Shown here: piece after piece, positions 11,505-24,800 of the stretch
How the letters are laid out: every line of letters begins with the position of its first letter
How positions within the stretch are numbered: position 1 is the first letter of the stretch
Source: Neoechinorhynchus agilis
Lineage: Eukaryota > Animalia > Acanthocephala
Assembly: GCA_051530055.1 (NCBI GenBank)
Contig: CM121341.1
Location: forward strand, 11,572,784-11,636,783
Direction: 5' to 3'
DNA length: 64,000 nucleotides
Made by a program: the position numbers and the translations under genes
Notes under the pieces: model-generated
Databases searched by the model: none
What the model saw: the letters and a program-made list of their open reading frames with translations, nothing else
Told to the model about the DNA's origin: nothing

Positions 11505-12640
11505 TTACAAGAAACATCTCAGGTACTGCAGCAATTTAAGCCAATCTCCAAGCAGGCGAACAAGTTGATGAATTTCTCTCACATGAAACGATATTCCTGA
11601 TCAAGGATACCATCTTCATTCCAAAAATTGCAGTATGAGCTGCACACATCATATATTTTAGACTAGGGACAAGCTGGCAAAATTAGACGGTGGAAGCCTC
11701 TCTCTCGAGAAAATTTTAAATACTCAGCTGTCGGGCGAGACCTGACGTCAAGCTTCCTTGCTTCTGTCGTCCAACGGTTTGGGTATCCGAAAAACAACCG
11801 ATATTTCTTTTCCAGCTTATTTGGGATCGTATTAAGCAAGCCCCAAAATAGTTCAGTCTTTTCTTTGCAATTATTGCAGGTTGGATGAAGAATTCGTGGA
11901 GGCTGTTGGTTTTTGGTTTATAGATCCCGATGCTCTATAATCTCAGATTCTTGTGACCTGGTGAACGGAAATCGATTTGCGACAGTCTCGACTAAAGAAT
12001 CAGGGGGTTGCCTTAACATTCTCTCAATCGCTTCACCCTTCTCACGGTCGAGAACGTAAGGATTGCAGTTTCCCTAAGACTTTGGGTACCGACGTGACGA
12101 AGCGACTGTAGTACCACCGGACGCCATGGTTTCGTCTGTCGGCAATCAGGCGGAAGGTCTCACAAAACGTCTAAGTGAACGCAATGATCTTACTTTGCAT
12201 TGAATACTGTGAATGCGCTCAACATCCTATTGCCAAACAATCTTTGTCTATTCGATGGCCGCCGTAGACCGGACGGTGTATCAGTATTCCCGTGGCGAGA
12301 AGGAAAATGCATTCTCTGGGACACCATTCGCAGCAAGCAACATAAAATTCGCCACTATTAAACCAGGGGTAGCAGCGGCCGTCGCTGAGAACCGCAAAAA
12401 GACAAAATACCGGGACCTGAGTCGAAATCATTATTTAGTTCCCCTTGGCGTCATGACACTGATCCTTTGCTATTGCTACGAAGGACATGGTCAATAAATT
12501 GTATAAAAGATTGAGACGAATAACCGGCGATCTAAGATCACGCAAACATTTCGGTGAAATACCCATGGCTGTGCAACGGGCAACGCTGCATCCGTCCTTT
12601 CGACCGTTATACCAGAACGGGAAAATTTAAATAAAATTAT
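11505..12640 (+). mobile_element. CRE-like retrotransposon relic, second copy (part of the triplicated unit)
   Basis: Near-identical to 7505-8640. Confidence 0.85.
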
Positions 12641-13592
12641 TTTGAATGCACGATTTGTGGATAGATGCGGTGAAATCGGAATTTTTCTTTGAAAAACCTA
12701 ACCGATATCGATGTTTTTAGCAAACGTCGTTGAGAATTGCGCTACTAAAACTTTAATTCCATCCTATCATACTCTAGCAAATTCGCTACTCGGGAAAGTA
12801 ATTTTGAAAAACTAAATAATCCACCTTCAAGTGCGAATAAAACACTTCAAAAAATCATGATAAAGACATGTAATAAATATTGTCCCAAAATATTTGAATC
12901 AATAAATTCTTTTAATTTTTACGCAAGATACAAACATGAAACATTTAATCTTCAAACACCTTTTATTCGACTGACAATAAGTTGTCGTTTTTTAGATTTT
13001 TCTAAGTGGTTAAAGCGCATTTTTTTGCTTAGGTATTTTAATTCGTGAAATTTTTACTTTGAGCAAATTAATGAATGGTAGTATATTTAAACATGACGGA
13101 AACATTCCAGCCAATTAGATTACGTCATTATCTAATACTCGCATGCAAAACCTATTTCTGGGAGTCTAGAATGATGATTTGTTACCTACGGGGTTTTCAC
13201 CCATAATAGCTAGTTTTGAATTATGCCCTCCGCTCCTAATATTTTGTAAAAAAAATCCACGAGAACCATCTCGTTCTCAGAATTGCAAAATTTAAAAGTT
13301 TTTCCTTTACACATTTTAGAAAATAATTTAATAAAATTCTAATATTTTTTCTTGTATAAAAACGCATTTGCTAAATCATTTTTTATTCGCGAAATTTTTA
13401 CTCTTAACAAATCAATGTATAATTTTATATTTCTGTATGCTGAAAACATCCCAGCCACTAGATTATATCATTAACTAATAGTCTCGTGCAAAACCCATTC
13501 CTGATAGACTACATCGGTGATTTGTTAACTACAGCTTTCTCCCAACTTTGCAAGTTTTGATTTTCGTTCTTCGCTACTTAAAATTTTTCAAG

Positions 13593-15431
13593 ATGCCAGA
13601 AAACCGATCTCGTTCTAGAGTTCCAAACGTAAAATCCCAAATGTGAACAAAACTGGAAAGCAAATCAATTTTCCCCGACGAGAGGAGTTTGGTTATTACG
13701 CTAAATACGACGTTTGGACTGGTAGACGTTCCAAGCTCAATCGAAATGCGACAAATCAACTATCACAAGCAATCAATGGCGCAGATAATATTGGAGATAA
13801 TCGGAAATATATATGGAATAGTTCGAACTGTTACACGGGAATCCGTAATGATCGAGGACTCGATAATAAAAATCAGGATTTAAGAACTCGAAATGAGAGC
13901 AGTCAAGATTCCATGGACAACGAGAAAAACTCTGATTCATCCAAAATTTGGTATAGCGGTCGCAATAGAAACTATGATGCAACAATGATGCATTGTTTTT
14001 CCGGAAAATAGTAGAGGAAGATTAGGCTCCACCTGCAAAGAAGGTGATAAAGAATCTCCAAACATCCCGTTTTTTCAATCATCGGAAAAAATCAAATACA
14101 GTCCTCGGATATTCACGAAGCAATGTATTGCAATCTAACGAATCAGAGCGGGGCTTGGAATTGGAAGTAAAAGAGCCAGTCGAATGGGGCCAACGAATTA
14201 TTGATGAGTCAAAATCTGATGCTGAGCAGTTTTCATCGGATGCCGCACGCGGCTGGGGTTTAATAGTAAAAGAGCCAGTCGAATGGTGCCAACGGATAAT
14301 TGATGAACAAGAGTCTGATGTTGAGCAGTTTTCATATGATAATGGATGCGGCTGGGGTTTAAAAGTAAAAGAGCCAGTCGAATGGGACCAACGAATTATT
14401 GATGAACAAGAGTCTGATGTTGAGCAGTTTTCATATGATGATGGATGCGGCTAGGCTTAAAAGTAAAAGAGCCAGTCGAATGGGGCCAACGAATTATTGA
14501 TGAACAAGAGTCTGATTTTGAGCGGTTTTCATATGATGATGGATGCGGCTGGGGTTTAAAAGTAAAAGAGCCAGTCGAATGGGGCCAACGAATTATTGAT
14601 GAACAAGAGTCTGATGTTGAGCAGTTTTCATATGATGATGGATGCGGCTGGGGTTTAAAAGTAAAAAAGCCAGTCGAATGGAACCAACGAATAATTGATG
14701 AGCCAAGGTCTACTGTTGAGCAGTTTTCATATGATGATGGATGCGGCTGGGGTTTAAAAGTAAAAGAGCCAATCGAATGGAACCAACGAATAATTGATGA
14801 GCCAAGGTATACTGTTGAGCAGTTTTCATATAATGATGGATGCGGCTGGGGTTTAAAAGTAGAAGAGCCAGTCGAATGGGGCCAACGGATAATTGATGAT
14901 CCTGAGTCTGATGTTGAGCAGTTTTCATATGATGATGGATGCGGCTGGGGTTTAAAAGTAAAAGAGCCATTCCTATGGGGTCAACGCCTAATTGATGAGC
15001 CAAAGTCTGATCTCGAGCAGTTTTCATCTGATGCTGGATGCGGCTTAGGCTTAGAAGAACCATGTTTGGATTCACTGTTAATTAACGAGTCAAAAACACC
15101 AAATATTCGCGATATTTGCTTTCTTTCCAGTGCGAATGGCGACCCCGAGCCAAGTCAATATATCGAGAAACCATTGGATTTTACAGGAAAAACTCAGCAG
15201 ACTGGTTACTTAGGTACAGAGGAAAGGAACATGAAAATTTTCCTGGATGATGGTACTGTTCGATCAAAATTCAGATATGATCTGGATAGGGTTCTCTCTA
15301 GGATTGGGATGACACTCGAGGAGTTCCGAGAATATTTTGGAGACGAAGGACCGGATAATATTTTGAAAGCTGCTGTGCTGGGTTTGCGCAAAATCGAAAG
15401 GAAGAGAAATCTCTATGGCTGTATGTTATAA
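13593..15431 (+). CDS. Repeat protein copy 3 (9 x 33-aa repeats); frameshifted in this assembly
   Basis: Paralog of copies 1 and 2, with indels near 13617, 13980, 14050 and 14450. C-terminal 328 aa are intact. Confidence 0.65.
14155..15044 (+). repeat. Coding minisatellite, 9 x 99 bp
   Basis: Same 33-aa unit. The order of variant units (IVKEP, FERF, PRST, PRYT, VEEP, PFLW) matches copy 2. Confidence 0.95.
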
Positions 15432-15496
15432 ATATATAATAAGTGTTTAATTTTATAAATTCTATAAGTTATTTGTAAGGATTTTTCAATTTCCAC

Positions 15497-15802
15497 ATTA
15501 CAAGAAACATCTCAGGTACTGCAGCAATTTAAGCCAATCTCCAAGCAGGCGAACAAGTTGATGAATTTCTCTCACATGAAACGATATTCCTGATCAAGGA
15601 TACCATCTTCATTCCAAAATTGCAGTATGAGCTGCACACATCATATATTTTAGACATAAGGATAAGCTGGCAAAATTAGACGAGACGGTGGAAGCCTCTC
15701 TCTCGAGAAAATTTTAAATACTCAGCTGTCGGGCGAGACCTGACGTCAAGCTTCCTTGCCTCTGTCGTCCGGCGGTTTTGGTATCCGAAAAACAACCGAT
15801 AT
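15497..15802 (+). mobile_element. CRE-like relic, third copy, cut off by the satellite array
   Basis: Matches 7505-7806 up to ...GAAAAACAACCGATAT, then switches directly to satellite sequence at 15803. Confidence 0.8.
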
Positions 15803-18800
15803 AAAAAATATTGAAGTCCAAAAAATAGTTAAATACAAATATCGTAGATTCGGGAAAAGCCTCAGTCATCCGTTGCGCCATCATGCATTTTCAGCAATCA
15901 CGCGAATATACGGAAATTTTTATCCTCGACTTGGACTATAGAAACCATATCTAAGCTCATAAAATAAAAATATTAAAATCACAAAAAATAGTTAAATACA
16001 AATATCGTAGATTCGGGAAAAGCCTCAGTCATCCGTTGCGCCATTATGAATTTTCAGCAATCACGCGAATATACGGAAATTTCATCCTCGACTTGGACTA
16101 TAGAAACCATATCTAAGCTCATAAAATAAAAATATTAAAATCACAAAAAATAGTTAAATACAAATATCGTAGATTCGGGAAAAGCCTCAGTCATCCGTTG
16201 CGCAATTATGAATTTTCAGCAATCACGCAAATATACGGAAATTTCATCCTCGACTTGGACTATAGAAACCATATCTAAGCTCATAAAATAAAAATATTAA
16301 AATCACAAAAAATAGTTAAATACAAATATCGTAGATTCGGGAAAAGCCTCAGTCATCCGTTGCGCCATCATGCATTTTCAGCAATCACGCGAATATACGG
16401 AAATTTCATCCTCGACTTGGACTATAGAAACCATATCTAAGCTCATAAAAAAAAAATATTAAAATACAAAAAATAGTTAAATACAAATATCGTAGATTCG
16501 AAAACTCAGTCATCCGTTGCGCCATCATGCATTTTCAGCAATCACGCGAATATACGGAAATTTCATCCTCGACTTGGACTATAGAAACCATATCTAAGCT
16601 CATAAAAAAAAAATATTAAAATCCAAAAAATAGTTAAATACAAATATCGTAGATTCGGGAAAAGCCTCAGTCATCCGTTGCGCCATCATGCATTTTCAGC
16701 AATCACGCGAATATACGGAAATTTCATCCTCGACTTGGACTATAGAAACCATATCTAAGCTCATAAAACAAAAAAAATATTAAAATCCAAAAAATAGTTA
16801 AATACAAATATCGTAGATTCGGGAAAAGCCTCAGTCATCCGTTGCGCCATTATGAATTTTCAGCAATCACGCGAATATACGGAAATTTCATCCTCGACTT
16901 GGACTATAGAAACCATATCTAAGCTCATAAAATAAAAATATTAAAATCACAAAAAATAGTTAAATACAAATATCGTAGATTCGGGAAAAGCCTCAGTCAT
17001 CCGTTGCGCCATTATGAATTTTCAGCAATCACGCAAATATACGGAAATTTTTATCCTCGACTTGGACTATAGAAACCATATCTAAGCTCATAAAATAAAA
17101 ATATTAAAATCACAAAAAATAGTTAAATACAAATATCGTAGATTCGGGAAAAGCCTCAGTCATCCGTTGCGCCATTATGAATTTTCAGCAATCACGCGAA
17201 TATACGGAAATTTCATCCTCGACTTGGACTATAGAAACCATATCTAAGCTCATAAAATAAAAATATTAAAATCACAAAAAATAGTTAAATACAAATATCG
17301 TAGATTCGGGAAAAGCCTCAGTCATCCGTTGCGCCATTATGAATTTTCAGCAATCACGCGAATATACGGAAATTTCATCCTCGACTTGGACTATAGAAAC
17401 CATATCTAAGCTCATAAAATAAAAATATTAAAATCACAAAAAATAGTTAAATACAAATATCGTAGATTCGGGAAAAGCCTCAGTCATCCGTTGCGCCATC
17501 ATGCATTTTCAGCAATCACGCGAATATACGGAAATTTCATCCTCGACTTGGACTATAGAAACCATATCTAAGCTCATAAAATAAAAATATTAAAATCACA
17601 AAAAATAGTTAAATACAAATATCGTAGATTCGGGAAAAGCCTCAGTCATCCGGTGCGCCATCATGCATTTTCAGCAATCACGCAAATATACGGAAATTTT
17701 TATCCTCGACTTGGACTACAGAAACCATATCTAAGCTCATTAAACAAAAAAATATTGAAGTCCAAAAAATAGTTAAGTGCAAATATAGTAGATTCGGGAA
17801 AAACCTCAGTCATCCGTTGCGCCATCATGCATTTTCAGCAATCACGCAAATATACGGAAATTTTTATCCTCGACTTGGACTATAGAAACCATATCTAAGC
17901 TCATAAAATAAAAATATTAAAATCACAAAAAATAGTTAAATACAAATATCGTAGATTCGGGAAAAGCCTCAGTCATCCGTTGCGCCATCATGCATTTTCA
18001 GCAATCACGCGAATATACGGAAATTTCATCCTCGACTTGGACTAGAAACCATATCTAAGCTCATAAATAAAAATATTAAAATCACAAAAAATAGTTAAAT
18101 ACAAATATCGTAGATCGGGAAAAGCCTCAGTCATCCGTTGCGCCATTATGAATTTTCAGCAATCACGCAAATATACGGAAATTTTTATCCTCGACTTGGA
18201 CTATAGAAACCATATCTAAGCTCATAAAATAAAAATATTAAAATCACAAAAAATAGTTAAATACAAATATCGTAGATTCGGGAAAAGCCTCAGTCATCCG
18301 TTGCGCCATTATGAATTTTCAGCAATCACGCGAATATACGGAAATTTCATCCTCGACTTGGACTATAGAAACCATATCTAAGCTCATAAAATAAAAATAT
18401 TAAAATCACAAAAAATAGTTAAATACAAATATCGTAGATTCGAATGTCATCCTGCATATATTTCAGCAACACCAAATGAAATTCTCGATGACTATAGAAA
18501 CCTATCTGCTCATAAAATAAAAATATAAAATCACAAAAAATAAAACAAATATCGTAGATTCGGAAAAGCCTCAGTTGTTGCGCCATTATGAATTTTCAGC
18601 AATCACGCGAATATACGGAAATTTCATCCTCGACTTGACTATAGAAACCATATCTAAGTCATAAAATAAAAATAAATCACAAAAAAGTTAAATAAAATAT
18701 CGTAGATTCGGGAAAAGCCTCAGTCATCCGTTGCGCCATCATGCATTTTCAGCAATCACGCAAATATACGGAAATTTTTATCCTCGACTTGGACTATAGA

Positions 18801-21800
18801 AACCATATCTAAGCTCATTAAACAAAAAAATATTGAAGTCCAAAAAATAGTTAAGTGCAAATATAGTAGATTCGGGAAAAACCTCAGTCATCCGTTGCGC
18901 CATTATGAATTTTCAGCAATCACGCGAATATACGGAAATTTCATCCTCGACTTGGACTATAGAAACCATATCTAAGCTCATAAAATAAAAATATTAAAAT
19001 CACAAAAAATAGTTAAATACAAATATCGTAGATTCGGGAAAAGCCTCAGTCATCCGTCGCATATATTTCAGCACCAATAAAATTTATCCTCGACTTGACT
19101 AAGAAACCATCAAGCTCATAAACGTTGCGCCATTATGAATTTTCAGCAATCACGCGAATATACGGAAATTTCATCCTCGACTTGACTATAGAACCATATC
19201 AAGCCATAAAATAAAAATATTAAAATCACAAAAAATAGTTAAATACAAATATCGTAGATTCGGGAAAAGCCTCAGTCATCCGTTGCGCCATCATGCATTT
19301 TCAGCAATCACGCGAATATACGGAAATTTCATCCTCGACTTGGACTATAGAAACCATATCTAAGCTCATTAAACAAAAAAAATATTGAAGTCCAAAAAAT
19401 AGTTAAATGCAAATATCGTAGATTCGGGAAAAACCTCAGTCATCCGTTGCGCCATTATGAATTTTCAGCAATCACGCGAATATACGGAAATTTCATCCTC
19501 GACTTGGACTATAGAAACCATATCTAAGCTCATAAAATAAAAATATTAAAATCACAAAAAATAGTTAAATACAAATATCGTAGATTCGGGAAAAGCCTCA
19601 GTCATCCGTTGCGCCATTATGAATTTTCAGCAATCACGCGAATATACGGAAATTTCATCCTCGACTTGGACTATAGAAACCATATCTAAGCTCATAAAAT
19701 AAAAATATTAAAATCACAAAAAATAGTTAAATACAAATATCGTAGATTCGGGAAAAGCCTCAGTCATCCGTTGCGCCATTATGAATTTTCAGCAATCACG
19801 CGAATATACGGAAATTTCATCCTCGACTTGGACTATAGAAACCATATCTACGCTCATAAAATAAAAACTATTAAAATCACAAAAAATTGTTAAACACAAA
19901 TATCGTAGATTCGGGAAAAGCCTCAGTCATCCGCTGCGCTATGATGCCTTTTCAGCAATCACGCGAATATACGGAAATTTCATCCTCGACTTGGACTCAA
20001 TAAACGAAATACAAGCTCATAAAACAAGAAAAAATATTCAAATCCAAAAAATAGTTTAATAAAAATACCGATGATTCGGGAAAAGCCTCAGTCATCCGTT
20101 GCGCCATTATGCTATTTCAGCAATCACGCGAATATACGGAAATTTCATCCTCGACTTGGACTATAGAAACCATATCTAAGCTCATAAAATAAAAATATTA
20201 AAATCACAAAAAATAGTAAAATACAACAATCGTAGATTCGGGAAAAAGCCTCAGCCATCCGTCGCGCCATCATGCATTTTCAGCAATCACGCGAACAAAC
20301 GGAAATTTCATCCTCGACTTGGACTATAGAAACCATATCTAAGCTCATTAAAAAAGAAAAAATATTGAAGTCCAAAAAATAGTTAAGTGCAAATATAGTA
20401 GATTCGGGAAAAGCCTCAGTCATCCGTTGCGCCATCATGCATTTTCAGCAATCACGCGAATATACCGAAATTTCATCCTCGACCTTGACTATAGAAACCA
20501 TATCTAAGCTCATTAAACAAGAAAAAATATTTAAATCAAAAAAATAGTTAAATACAAATATCGTAGATTCGGGAAAAGCATCTGTCATCCGTTGCGCCAT
20601 AATGCATTTTCAGCAATATCGCGAATATACGGAAATTTCATCCTCGACTTGGACTATAGAAACCATATCTAAGCTCATAAAACAAGAAAAAATATTTAAA
20701 TCCGAAAAATAGTTAAATACAAATATCGTAGATTCGGGAAAAGCCTCTGTCATCCGTTGCGCCATCATGCATTTTCAGCAATCATGCGAATATACGGAAA
20801 TTTCATCCTCGACTTGGACAATAGAAACGATATCTAAGCTCATTAAACAAGAAAAAATATTTGAATAAAAAATAGTTAAATAAAAATACCGATGAATCGG
20901 GAAAAGCCACTGTCATCCGTTGCGCCATTATGCATTTTCAGCAATCACGCGAATAAATGGAAATTTCATCCTCGACTTGTACAATAGAAACGATATCTAA
21001 GCTCATTAAACAAAAAATATTTAAATCCAAAAAAAATGAATACAAATATCGCAGATTCGGGAAAAGCCCCAGTCATCCGTTGCGCCATCATGCATTTTCA
21101 GCAATCACGCGAATATACGGAAATTTCATCCTCGACTTGGACTATAGAAACCATATCTAAGCTCATTAAACAAGAAAAAATATTTAAATAAAAAAAATAG
21201 TTAAATACAAATATCATAGATTCGGGAAAAGCCTCTGTCATCTGTTGCGCCATCATGCATTTTCAGGAATCACGCGAATATACCGAAATTTCATCCTCGA
21301 CTTGGACTATACAAACGATATCTAAGCTCATTAAAAAAGAAAAAATATTTTAATCAAAAAAATATTTACACACAAATATCGTATATTCGGGAAAAGCCTC
21401 AGTCATCCGTTGCGCCATCATGCATTTTCAGCAATCACGCGAATATACGGAAATTTCATCCTCGACTTGGACTATAGAAACCATATCTAAGCTCATAAAA
21501 CAAGAAAAATTATTTAAATCCAAAAAATAGTTAAATACAAATATCGTAGATTCGGGAAAAGCCTCTGTCATCCGTTGCGCCATAATGCATTTTCAGCAAT
21601 CACGCGAATATACGGAAATTTCTTCCTCGACTTGGACAATAGAAACGATATCAAAGCTCATAAAAGAAAAAATATTTAAATAAAAAATAGTTAAACACAA
21701 ATATCATAGATTCGGGAAAAGCTCTGTCATCCGTTGCGCCATCATGCATTTTCAGCAATCACGCGAATATACGGAAATTTCATCCTCGACTTGGACAATA

Positions 21801-24800
21801 GAAACGATATCTAAGCTCATTAAACAAGAAAAAATATTTAAATCAAAAAAATAGTTAAATACAAATATCGCAGATTCGGGAAAAGCCTCAGTCATCCGTT
21901 GCGCCATCATGCATTTTCAGCAATCACGCGAATATACGGAAATTTCATCCTCGACTTGGACAATAGAAACGATATCTAAGCTCATTAAACAAGAAAAAAT
22001 ATTTAAATAAAAAAAATAGTTAAATACAAATATCGTAGATTCGGGAAAAGCCTCTGTCATCCGTTGCGCCATCATGCATTTTCAGCAATCACGCGAATAA
22101 ACGGAAATTTCATCGTCGACTTGGACAATATAAACCACATCTAAGCTCATTAAAAAAGAAAAAATATTTAAATCAAAAAATAGTTAAATACAAATATCGT
22201 AGATTCGGAAAAGGCCTTAGTCATCCGTTGCGCCATCATGCATTTTCAGCAATCACGCGAATGTACGGAAATTTCATCCTCGACTTGGACTATAGAAACG
22301 ATATCTAGGCTCATTAGAAAAGAAAAAATATTTAAATAAAAAAAATAGTTAAATACAAATATCGTAGATTCGGGAAAAGCCTCAGTCATCCGTTTCGCCA
22401 TCATGCATTTTCTGCAATCACGCGAATATACGGAAATTTCATCCTCCACTTGGACTATAGAAACGATATCTAGGCTCATTAAACAAAAAAATATTCAAGT
22501 CAAAAAAATCGTTAAATACAAATATCGTAGATTCGGGAAAAAGCCTCAGCCATCCGTCGCGCCATCATGCATTTTCAGCAATCACGCGAACAAACGGAAA
22601 TTTCATCCTCGACTTGGACTATAGAAACCATATCTAAGCTATTTAAACAAGAAAAAATATTTAAATCAAAAAAATAGTTAAATAAAAATATCGATGAATC
22701 GGGAAAAGCATCTGTCATCCGTTGCACCATCATGCATTTTCAGCAATCACGCGAATAAATGGAAATTTCATCCTCGACTTGGACAATAGAAACGATATCT
22801 AAGCTCATTAAACAAGAAAAAAATTTTAAATAAAAAAAATAGTTAAACACAAATATCATAGATTCGGGAAAAGCCTCTGTAAACCGTTGCGCCATCATGC
22901 ATTTTCAGCAATCACGCGAATATACGGAAATTTCATCCTCGACTTGGACTATAGAAACGATATCTAAGCTCATTAAAAAAGAAAAAATATTTAAATCAAA
23001 AAATAGTTAAATACAAATATCGTAGATTCGGGAAAAGCCTCAGTCATCCGTTGCGCCATCATGCATTTTCAGCAATCACGCGAATATACGGAAATTTCAT
23101 CCTCGACTTGGACTATAGAAACCATATCTAAGCTCATTAAACAAAAAATATTTAAATCAAAAAAAATTAAATACAAATATCGCAGATTCGGGAAAAGCCT
23201 CTGTCATCCGTTGCGCCATCATGCATTTTCAGCAATCACGCGAATATACGGAAATTTCATCCTCGACTTGGACTATAGAAACCATATCTAAGCTCATAAA
23301 ACGAAAAATATTTAATCCAAAAAATAGTTAAATACAAATATCGTAGATTCGGGAAAAGCCTCAGTCATCCGTTGCGCCATCATGCATTTTCAGCAATCAC
23401 GCGAATATACGGAAATTTCATCCTCGACTTGGACTATAGAAACGATATCTAAGCTCATTAAAAAAGAAAAAATAGTTAAATACAAATATCGTAGATTCGG
23501 GAAAAGCCTCAGTCATCCGTTGCGCCATCATGCATTTTCAGCAATCACGCGAATATACGGAAATTTCATCCTCGACTTGGACTATAGAAACCATATCTAA
23601 GCTCATTAAAAAAGAAAAAATATTTAAATAAAAAAATAGTTAAATACAAATATCGTAGATTCGGGAAAAGCCTCAGTCATCCGTTGCGCCATCATGCATT
23701 TTCAGCAATCACGCGAATATACGGAAATTTCATCCTCGACTTGGACTATAGAAACCATATCTAAGCTCATAAAACAAGAAAAAATATTTAAATCAAAAAA
23801 ATAGTTAAATACAAATATCGTAGATTCGGGAAAAGCCTCAGTCATCCGTTGCGCCATCATGCATTTTCAGCAATCACGCGAATATACGGAAATTTCATCC
23901 TCGACCTTGACTATAGAAACCATATCTAAGCTCATTAAACAAGAAAAAATATTTAAATAAAAAAATAGTTAAATACAAATATCGTAGATTCGGGAAAAGC
24001 CTCAGTCATCCGTTGCGCCATCATGCATTTTCAGCAATCACGCGAATATACGGAAATTTCATCCTCGACTTGGACTATAGAAACCATATCTAAGCTCATA
24101 AAAGAAAAAATATTTAAATAAAAAAATAGTTAAATACAAATATCGTAGATTCGGGAAAAGCCTCAGTCATCCGTTGCGCCATCATGCATTTTCAGCAATC
24201 ACGCGAATATACGGAAATTTCATCCTCGACCTTGACTATAGAAACCATATCTAAGCTCATAAAACAAGAAAAAATATTTAAATCAAAAAATAGTTAAATA
24301 CAAATATCGTAGATTCGGGAAAAGCCTCAGTCATCCGTTGCGCCATCATGCATTTTCAGCAATCACGCGAATATACGGAAATTTCATCCTCGACTTGGAC
24401 TATAGAAACCATATCTAAGCTCATTAAAAAAGAAAAAATATTTAAATCAAAAAATAGTTAAATACAAATATCGTAGATTCGGGAAAAGCCTCAGTCATCC
24501 GTTGCGCCATCATGCATTTTCAGCAATCACGCGAATATACGGAAATTTCATCCTCGACTTGGACTATAGAAACCATATCTAAGCTCATTAAAAAAGAAAA
24601 AATATTTAAATCAAAAAAATAGTTAAATAAAAATATCGATGAATCGGGAAAAGCTTCTGTCATCCGTTGCGCCATTATGCATTTTCAGCAATCACGCGAA
24701 TAAATGGAAATTTCATCCTCGACTTGGACTATAGAAACGATATCTAAGCTCATTAAACAAAAAATATTTAAATCAAAAAAATAGTTAAATACAAATATCG

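Larger units (their letters stand above)
5890..15802 (+). repeat. Head-to-tail segmental triplication (unit 3.4-4.0 kb: spacer, repeat-protein gene, CRE-like relic); third unit truncated by the satellite
   Basis: Near-identical gene starts at 6213, 9597 and 13593 and stops at 7436, 11438 and 15431. Near-identical downstream sequence follows each copy. Spacing 3384 and 3996 bp; the difference is explained by internal repeat number. Confidence 0.97.

Noticed and set aside
18421-19210. Highly degenerate, deletion-rich monomers
   Set aside because: The pattern of scattered single-base losses looks like low-coverage long-read consensus error rather than biology.
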